From an uncultured Chloroflexia bacterium (GTDB lineage: Bacteria > Chloroflexota > Limnocylindria > Limnocylindrales > CSP1-4), in NCBI GenBank assembly GCA_963724635.1, contig CAVRVI010000011.1, positions 10,054-74,053 of the forward strand: 64,000 nt of DNA, read 5' to 3'. The notes under the pieces are model-generated. The model was not told the origin of the DNA. It worked only from the letters and a program-made list of their open reading frames with translations, and did no database searches. The number at the start of each line of letters is the position of its first letter. The first letter of the stretch is position 1. Below are positions 58,069 through 64,000 of the stretch, one piece after another. The position numbers and the translations under genes were made by a program.

Positions 58069-58969
58069 TCAGCCGGCCAGGTTCTCGGTCGCGGTCCCGG
58101 CCGAGACGATCGGCATCGTCGGCGTGGTCGCACCGGGTCCGGGCTCCAAGGTAAGAGCAAGGACGATGCCTGGGTCGGTCGGCAGACCAGCGGCCTCGAA
58201 GGCCGCCGTTCCGCTCGATCCGGGCGTGAACCCGCCGAGCGCCACAGGTACGCCGTCACTCCCGATCACCCAGGCCTCGTAGACCTGGTCGCCGGTCGTC
58301 GGTGCGAGGTCGCGCATCGCCATCGTGACCTCGCCAGCCGGGCTCACCGCGGCCAGGCCGGCCGGACCGCTTCCGCCCGGCGGGAGGAGGATCGGCCGTC
58401 AGCGACCCGGGCTGCGCGGCGACGTCGAGGACGGCCGCCACGTTCTCCTCATAGGTCTTGGACGCGTTCACCTGGCCCTGCAGCAGCAGGTTCCAGCCGC
58501 CAAGGACGACGATCGCGAGCACCGCGGCGATCCGAAGCACCCAGGTGGCGGGCGAGGTCCGCGTGCGGTCCACGGCGCGCGCTTCGCGCTCGGTCGTCGA
58601 CGGGAACGGGATCGGCGTGGGTTCCGGCGCGGCCGTTGCCGCGACGGGTGCGGCCGTTGCCGCGACCGGCGCCACGTCCACCACGCCCGTCCGTGTCGCC
58701 AGGTCGGCGGCCGCGGCGGCCATCACCCGGTCCTTCAGCCCGGCCGGCGGCTCCACGATCGGGATGCTCGCATCGAGCACCGGCAGCACGGATCCAAGCT
58801 CGGCGAACTCCGCGTGCGCGTCGGCGCAGGTCGCCAGGTGGGCGCGGACCGCGTCCATCTCGTCGGCATCGAGCGCGCCCAGCACGAAGGACGCCGCGAG
58901 GTCGCGGACCTCATCACAGGTCAGCCCGCCATCGCCGGACGAGGTCGGGCGCGTCAGGTCGTCGCTCAC
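58069..58969 (-). pseudogene. Anti-sigma factor, zf-HC2 N-terminus plus RskA-type extracytoplasmic domain, one frameshift near 58370-58400
   Basis: CDEVRDLAASFVLGALDADE...HLATCADAH, TM segment WVLRIAAVLAIVVLGGW (ORF 58256..59350 frame). The RskA-like part (VYEAWVIGSDGVPVALGGF...ALTLEPGPGATTPT) is in ORF 58069..58347. The GTG start overlaps the sigma stop (GTGA). Confidence 0.7.
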
Positions 58970-59562
58970 GTCGACCCCTCCTCGAGGGCGCGTCGCATGG
59001 CGAGCAGCCCCAGGCGCATCCGCGACTTGACGGTCCCCAGCGGCGTGGCCGTGCGGTCGGCGATCTCCTGTTGGGTCAGTCCGCTGAAGTAGGCGAGTTC
59101 GATCGCCTCGCGCTGGACGTCCGACAGCACGGCGAGCGCGCCACGCACCGTATCCGCGTCGAGCGTCGCGGAGACCTCCGCCCAGACGTCCGGCGCCCGG
59201 AACTGGGGTGGCGGCACCTCCTCGTGCTCGGGCAGCTCCGTCGTGGGTCGGCGACGCCGGATCGCGTCGATGGCACGGTGATGGACGATGGCGAGCAGCC
59301 AGGTCTTCACGCTGCCCCGGCCCTCGACATAGCGCGCGGCGTTCCGCCACGCGCCCAGGAACGCGTCCTGGACGACGTCCTCGGCGAGGGTCGGGTCATT
59401 CGTGATGCGGTAGGCGATCGAGTAGGCCATCGTCTTGTAGCGCTCGTACAGTTCATCGAGGGCGTGGAGTTCCCCGGCGGCGATCCGGACCAGGACGGCC
59501 CGGTCCGCGTCATCGGCGACGGTCGCGACGCGGAGCGGGAGCGGCCTGGTGGTGTCGCTCAT
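58966..59562 (-). CDS. ECF (group 4) RNA polymerase sigma factor, SigK-like
   Basis: Region 2 (AEDVVQDAFLGAWRNA, TWLLAIVHHRAIDAIRRR) and region 4 (LSDVQREAIELAYFSGLTQQEIADRTATPLGTVKSRMRLGL). Confidence 0.9.
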   Translation of the reverse strand: MSDTTRPLPLRVATVADDADRAVLVRIAAGELHALDELYERYKTMAYSIAYRITNDPTLAEDVVQDAFLGAWRNAARYVEGRGSVKTWLLAIVHHRAIDAIRRRRPTTELPEHEEVPPPQFRAPDVWAEVSATLDADTVRGALAVLSDVQREAIELAYFSGLTQQEIADRTATPLGTVKSRMRLGLLAMRRALEEGST

Positions 59563-60254
59563 CGTGGTGTGCGCAGCTCGATCGATTCTGGTTCACCGGC
59601 GGCCATCCGCGCATCGACCGCATGCGCGATCGCGGCGCCCACATCGTCGATCGACCGCGTCGCATCGACGACGACGAAGCGTGCCGGCTCCGCGGCCGCC
59701 AACTCGAGGAAGCCGGCTCGCACTCGCCGATGGAAGTCGAGGTCGAACTCGGCCTCGAATCGGGTCACGTCCTCGGGCGCCTTGCGCGCCAGGCCGGCCT
59801 CCACCGGCAGGTCCAGCACGATCGTCAGATCCGGCGTGAGGCCGTCAGTGGCGATCTCGGCCAGGGCGCGCAACCGCTCCAGCGGGATCCCGGCGCCGAA
59901 GCCCTGGTAGGCCAGCGTCGAGTCCGCGTAGCGGGCGCAGATGACCGTGGCGCCCTCGCCGAGCCGCGGCCTGATCACCTCGCCCACGAGCTGGCGACGT
60001 GCGGCGTTGAAGAGGAATGCGTCCGTCAGCGGGTCGGTGGCCGCGCTCGCCGCGGCGCCGGTCCGGGCCAGCAGGACGTCGCGGAGCCGCTCCCCGAGCC
60101 AGGTGCCGCCAGGTTCGCGGGTCAGATGGACGCGTCGGCCGCTCGCCGTCAGGTGGTCGCGCAGACGCTCGGCCTGGGTCGTCTTGCCGCCGCCGTCGGG
60201 CCCGTCGATCGTGATGAACCAGCCGCGCACGGCCGGTGTCGAGGGTCCTGTCAT
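59559..60254 (-). CDS. tmk: Thymidylate kinase
   Basis: FITIDGPDGGGKTTQ, TREPGGT, LFNAARRQ, DRYADSTLAYQG-like motif. ATG at 60254; the stop overlaps the sigma ATG. Confidence 0.9.
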   Translation of the reverse strand: MTGPSTPAVRGWFITIDGPDGGGKTTQAERLRDHLTASGRRVHLTREPGGTWLGERLRDVLLARTGAAASAATDPLTDAFLFNAARRQLVGEVIRPRLGEGATVICARYADSTLAYQGFGAGIPLERLRALAEIATDGLTPDLTIVLDLPVEAGLARKAPEDVTRFEAEFDLDFHRRVRAGFLELAAAEPARFVVVDATRSIDDVGAAIAHAVDARMAAGEPESIELRTPR

Positions 60255-60457
60255 CGCCGGCGAGTGTAGCCGACGGTCTCCGTTGATCCGATCCCGCACC
60301 GCCCGCGTACCCCGGGCACATCGCATCGCAGCCGTGCCCACGGGCGGAGGAGGAGCCCTATCGACCAGCGACCCGCTGACCGGCGCCCGACGGCGCCGAC
60401 CCGACCTACCCGCCGACGGTCCTGTCGGCGGCACCCATCCTGGAGGTCCCTCGACCC

Positions 60458-61600
60458 ATGCCCGACTATCGCCGGAAGGCTTCCGGCCTCGCCCTTCTCG
60501 CCGCCGCTGCTGCGGTGGCCACCGTCGGTACCGGCTCGCTGCTCGTCAGCGCCGCCGACCACCTCGACGCCCCGACCGCAAAGTCGGACGCGCGCATCGA
60601 TCTCACCGACATCTACGCCTTCAAGTCGAGTGGCGGCACGACGCTCGTGATGAACGTCAACCCACTCACCAGCCCGGCCGACACCAAGGCCACGCGCTTC
60701 CGCGAGAACACCCTGTACGAGTTCAAGATCGACACCAACGGCGACGCCTGGGCGGACATCGCCTATCGGATCCGCTTCTTCAACAACCGCAAGGCCGCCA
60801 ACGGCGCGATCGTCCAGGACTACACGATCAAGCGCGCCACCGGTGCCGACGCCCGCGCCAATCGCTGGAACGGGAGCATCGTCGACACCGGCCGCACCTC
60901 CGCGTATGGCGGCGAGACCCGGGTCTCGGCGGTCAGCGGCGGCGGCAAGTCCTTCGTGGGTCCGCGTGACGACCCCTTCTTCTTCGACCTTCCGGGTTTC
61001 GTGGAGTTCAAGAAGCAGCTCGTCGGTGGCTCGACCGACCTCGGCGTCCTGCTCGGTGGTTTCACCGGCAAGGACACCTTCGCCGGCACCAACGTGAGCA
61101 CCATCGCGATCGAGGTCCCCAACAGCAAGCTCGGCGGGACCGGCAAGACGGTCGGCGTCTGGGCCGCGGTCTCGCGCAAGCTCAGCCTCGGCAACTACGA
61201 GCAGGTCGAGCGGATGGGCCGCCCGGCGATCAACACCGTGTTCAACAACACGAGCGCCGAGAAGGAAGCAGCCAACCGGCTGCGCCCGTCCGACGATCGG
61301 GCGTTCGACATGGACAACGTGGTCGGCGTCCTCAAGGCCATCGACCACGTCCTCGAGGTGAACGGCGCGCCCTCGTACACGAACGCGCAGATCACCGGGA
61401 TCGCCAAGGTGCTCCTCCCGGACACCCTGACGGTCAAGCTCGGCGACGTGGCCGGGTTCCTCAACGGCCGTCGCCCCGCGGACGACGTGATCGACGCCGA
61501 GTTCGGGCTGCTCACCAACGGAGCGGTCACGAGTGACGGGGTCGACCACAACGATCGCTCGTTCCCGACGACCTTCCCGTACCTGGCCAAGCCCCACTGA
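60458..61600 (+). CDS. Secreted DUF4331 domain protein
   Basis: Signal peptide, then ADHLDAP......DLTDIYAF, NTLYEFKIDTNGD, GPRDDPFFFDL, ERMGRPAINTVF, NGRRPADDVID, FPYLAKPH. GGAGG lies 11 nt upstream. Confidence 0.8.
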   Translation: MPDYRRKASGLALLAAAAAVATVGTGSLLVSAADHLDAPTAKSDARIDLTDIYAFKSSGGTTLVMNVNPLTSPADTKATRFRENTLYEFKIDTNGDAWADIAYRIRFFNNRKAANGAIVQDYTIKRATGADARANRWNGSIVDTGRTSAYGGETRVSAVSGGGKSFVGPRDDPFFFDLPGFVEFKKQLVGGSTDLGVLLGGFTGKDTFAGTNVSTIAIEVPNSKLGGTGKTVGVWAAVSRKLSLGNYEQVERMGRPAINTVFNNTSAEKEAANRLRPSDDRAFDMDNVVGVLKAIDHVLEVNGAPSYTNAQITGIAKVLLPDTLTVKLGDVAGFLNGRRPADDVIDAEFGLLTNGAVTSDGVDHNDRSFPTTFPYLAKPH

Positions 61601-61694
61601 GCCGCGGGCCCGGGCCGGCCATCTCGGTCGGCTCGGGCCGCGACCCGACGTCCACTTCTCCCCGAATCACCACGAGCTTTGGGACGCACCACCG

Positions 61695-63130
61695 ATGAAC
61701 ACCCTGCAGCGCCGAACGAGTCGCCTTCCCCGGATCCCCTTGGCCGTCCTCGGTCTGACCATCGCCGTGGTCGTCGGCGGTCGGGTCATCGGCCCGGTCG
61801 TGGCGCCGGTCGTCACGCCGGTCGTCGCGCCCCAGGCCGCAGCGGTCTCCGACGATGGGGATGGTGCCACCGGCAACGATCAGCCGGGGCTCGCGAACCC
61901 GCTGGATCCGGCGGCGGTCTCGACCACGGACGACGACCTCGCCCGGATCCGCGCGAACATCACGTTCTGGGACGACCGGTTCCGCGGCGAACCCCCGCGA
62001 CTTCGTGAGCGCCACCCGGCTCGCTGCATCCTCGATCGAGCTGGCGCGCGCGACCGGTGACGTGTCGCAGTACGTCGCGGCCGACCGGGCCATCGACGGG
62101 GCTCTCGCCGCCAACCCCGACTCGGCGCAGGCCCAGGGCTATCGCGGCGTGGTCCTCGTCGCGCTCCACCGGTTCGTGGAAGCTCGCGATCACGCGGACG
62201 CGGTCCTTGCCGACCAGCCCGAGGATCCCGTCGCGCTGGCCACGCTGGGCGATGCCGCCCTCGAACTCGGGGACCTGACGACCGCGACCCGGGCGTACGA
62301 ACAGCTGCGCCTGGTCGCCGATTCATCCGCCGCCGAGGTTCGTGCGAGCCGGCTCGCCTTCATCCAGGGTCGGGCAGCCGACGCGGTGGCCGCGTCGCAG
62401 CGCGGCGCTCGCGGCAGCCGTCGACGAGGGGCTTACCGGCAACGGCCTTGCCTGGTACCGCTATCAACTGGGGGAGACCCTGCTCGCGACCGGCGATCGA
62501 ACGGGGGCCGCTGCATCCTTCGATGCGGCGCTCGCCGACGACCCCCACGCGTATCTCGCGCGGGCCGGCCGGGCGCGCATCGCCGCCGCCGATGGACGGA
62601 TCGATGACGCGCTCGCCGACCTTGACGCGGCCGTCGCAACGGTGCCGCTGCCGGACCTCCTGGCGCGTCGGGCCGACCTGCTCGAACGGCGAGCCGGTGC
62701 CGGCGATGCGCGACAGGCTGCCGAGGACCGCGCCACGATCCTGGTCATCGCCCAGCTGTCCGGCGAGGCCGCGGGCGTCTACGATCGGACCTTGTCGCTC
62801 TACCTGGCCACGACCGGCATCGATGTCGAGCGGGCCCTCCAGCTGGCGAAGGCCGAGATCGCCGTCCGCAAGGACGTGTACGGCTATGACGCCCTGGGCT
62901 GGGCGCTCCTCGCGAACGGCCGCGCCACCGAAGCGGACGCCGCGCTGACGACAGCCCTCGCCGTCGGCACCCGGGATGCCAGGGTCCTCTATCACGCGGG
63001 GATGGCGGCGGCGGCCGTGGGCGATCGGGGACGTGCCCGCGACCTCCTGACGGACGCGCTCGCGCTCGACCCGACGTTCGATCCGGTCCAGGTGGAGCGG
63101 GCCCGGACGACACTGGAGGGTCTGCGATGA
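61695..63130 (+). pseudogene. Membrane-anchored TPR-repeat protein, two frameshifts (about 61985-62000 and about 62395-62410)
   Basis: The pieces are collinear across ORFs 61533..62060 (TM LAVLGLTIAVVVGG; ANITFWDDRFRG), 61855..62607 (NPRDFVSATRLAASSIELA...TPR helices) and 62342..63130 (AALAAAVDEGL...ALALDPTFDP). Confidence 0.7.
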
Positions 63131-64000
63131 CCGGCTCGCGTCGCCGAACGGCGACCCTGGCGCTCGCGATCGTCGCGGTCGTGCTGCTGCCGGCGGTCGC
63201 GATGGCCCACCCCCTGGGCAACTTCACGATCAATCACTACGCCGGGCTGCGCGTGGAGCCGGATCGGCTGCTGTTGGACATCGTGATCGACGAAGCCGAG
63301 ATCCCGGCCTTCCAGGCGCGCCAGGACTTCGACGCGGACGAGGATGGCTCGGTGTCCGACGAGGAGATCGATGCGGGTCGGGTCGAAGCCTGCGAGGCCC
63401 TGGCCACGGATCTGCGAGTCGCGGCCGATACGGCTCCGCTGACGCTGACCCTGACCGACGCCGGGCTGGCGTTCCCACTCGGGTCGAGCGGACTCTCGAC
63501 ACTGCGGCTTGTCTGCGGGTTCAGCGCGGCGTTCCCGGCGACGCTCGGCGACGTCACCCCGACCCGGATCACCTTCGACGACCGCTCGGATCCGGATCGG
63601 CTGGGCTGGCGCGAGATCGTGGTGACAGGCTCCGGCGCGACCCTCGACGTGGTCGACGGCAGCGCGCGCGCTACCGACACGTCCCAGCGCCTCACGTCGT
63701 ATCCGGCTGACAAGATCGCGCAGCCGCTCGCCGACGAAGGCGTGACGATCGATGCCGTCGCTGGTGGACCGACCCTCCCCCCGGTCGCGGTCCCGGATGC
63801 GAGTCCGGTCGTGGGCGCGGCGGTGGCCGTGCCCGCGCCGACGGCCGTCGCGTCCGCGGGTGCCGTGGCGACCGTGTCCCCGCGAGCGAGCGCATCGGCA
63901 TCGGCGACGGCGATGGCGCCCGGCCCAGGGGCGTCCGCTGCAGGCGCCGTTCCCGGTGGCATCGAAGGCGAACTGCCGTCCATCTTCCGCACGGCCGACG
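63127..64000 (+). CDS. 5'-partial: signal peptide plus extracytoplasmic HPLGNFTINHY domain typical of actinobacterial nickel/cobalt-transporter(NicO)-annotated membrane proteins; continues beyond the window
   Basis: My own translation gives MTGSRRRTATLALAIVAVVLLPAVAMAHPLGNFTINHYAGLRVEPDRLLLDIVIDEAEIPAF.... The frame stays open to 64000. The ATGA start overlaps the TPR gene's stop. The family call is from memory of similar N-termini. Confidence 0.45.
   Translation, partial: MTGSRRRTATLALAIVAVVLLPAVAMAHPLGNFTINHYAGLRVEPDRLLLDIVIDEAEIPAFQARQDFDADEDGSVSDEEIDAGRVEACEALATDLRVAADTAPLTLTLTDAGLAFPLGSSGLSTLRLVCGFSAAFPATLGDVTPTRITFDDRSDPDRLGWREIVVTGSGATLDVVDGSARATDTSQRLTSYPADKIAQPLADEGVTIDAVAGGPTLPPVAVPDASPVVGAAVAVPAPTAVASAGAVATVSPRASASASATAMAPGPGASAAGAVPGGIEGELPSIFRTAD

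Noticed and set aside
56230-59910. A 1226-aa plus-strand ORF, the longest in the window. Similar long ORFs include 2544..5282(+), 10027..12471(-), 20188..22494(+), 22963..25713(+), 23111..25681(-), 3283..5361(-), 46378..48831 (N-terminal part) and 60251..61597(-).
   Set aside because: Apart from the embedded GAF-GGDEF segment (57040 onward), these are typical high-GC shadow ORFs. Their translations are dominated by R/G/P/A/D low complexity with no family motifs, and they lie antisense or out of frame to well-supported genes.
1-64000. A search by eye for tRNA/rRNA genes, transposases, integrases, phage genes, toxin-antitoxin pairs and known defence systems.
   Set aside because: I recognised no cloverleaf-like or rRNA-like sequence and no DDE, tyrosine or serine recombinase. 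I also found no capsid or terminase motifs and no restriction, Cas or other defence signatures in any frame. RadC/JAB here sits in its common position near the mre genes (mreB-DUF389-radC) and is not part of a defence cassette.

Overview
This is a high-GC (about 70% by eye) chromosomal segment from a monoderm-type bacterium, with Actinomycetota- or Chloroflexota-like gene content. I recognised about 60 genes. I found no rRNA, tRNA, CRISPR, transposase, integrase or phage genes. All functional calls rest on motif and family recognition by eye from the six-frame track; no searches were run.

Layout:
- 0.3-5.3 kb: housekeeping genes (LOG, rdgB, rph, mazG, a membrane-anchored parvulin PPIase).
- 5.4-30 kb: a cell-envelope glycopolymer island. 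It holds four TagF-family phosphotransferases (two short, plus two long tandem paralogues). It has two independent cytidylyltransferase+SDR CDP-alditol synthase modules, one fused (Bcs1-like) and one split. It also has a TagG/TagH-type ABC exporter, a tail-anchored 15-residue-repeat protein, a DUF3048 lipoprotein, a GT4, and a polyprenol-phosphate-mannose-synthase-like GT2. Two large adjacent secreted FlgD-Ig-repeat proteins follow (one GH18, one with a clan-CD-peptidase-like His/Cys domain), then rmlABCD and a class I mannose-6-P isomerase.
- 30-43 kb: mreC/mreB, DUF389, radC, a CPBP protease, several zinc-ribbon and membrane proteins, and UPF0182.
- 43-64 kb: guaA, hydrolases, a REC-HK-NarL three-gene signalling unit, truncated haemoglobin O, a guaB3-like gene, a darA-DinB-NUDIX operon facing a GAF-GGDEF cyclase, a SigK/RskA-type ECF pair, tmk, and a DUF4331-TPR-nickel-transporter-like cluster that runs off the window.

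The most striking sequence-level feature is at least 35 apparent 1-nt frameshifts in otherwise well-conserved genes. They are very unevenly distributed: none in roughly 2.3-13 kb or 17-32 kb, and at least 25 in 36.4-46 kb. Some are locally compensated.

No obviously novel defence or mobile system was found. The best candidates for new biology are the duplicated polyol-phosphate polymer machinery, the paired FlgD-Ig exoproteins, the tail-anchored repeat protein, and the DUF4331 cluster.
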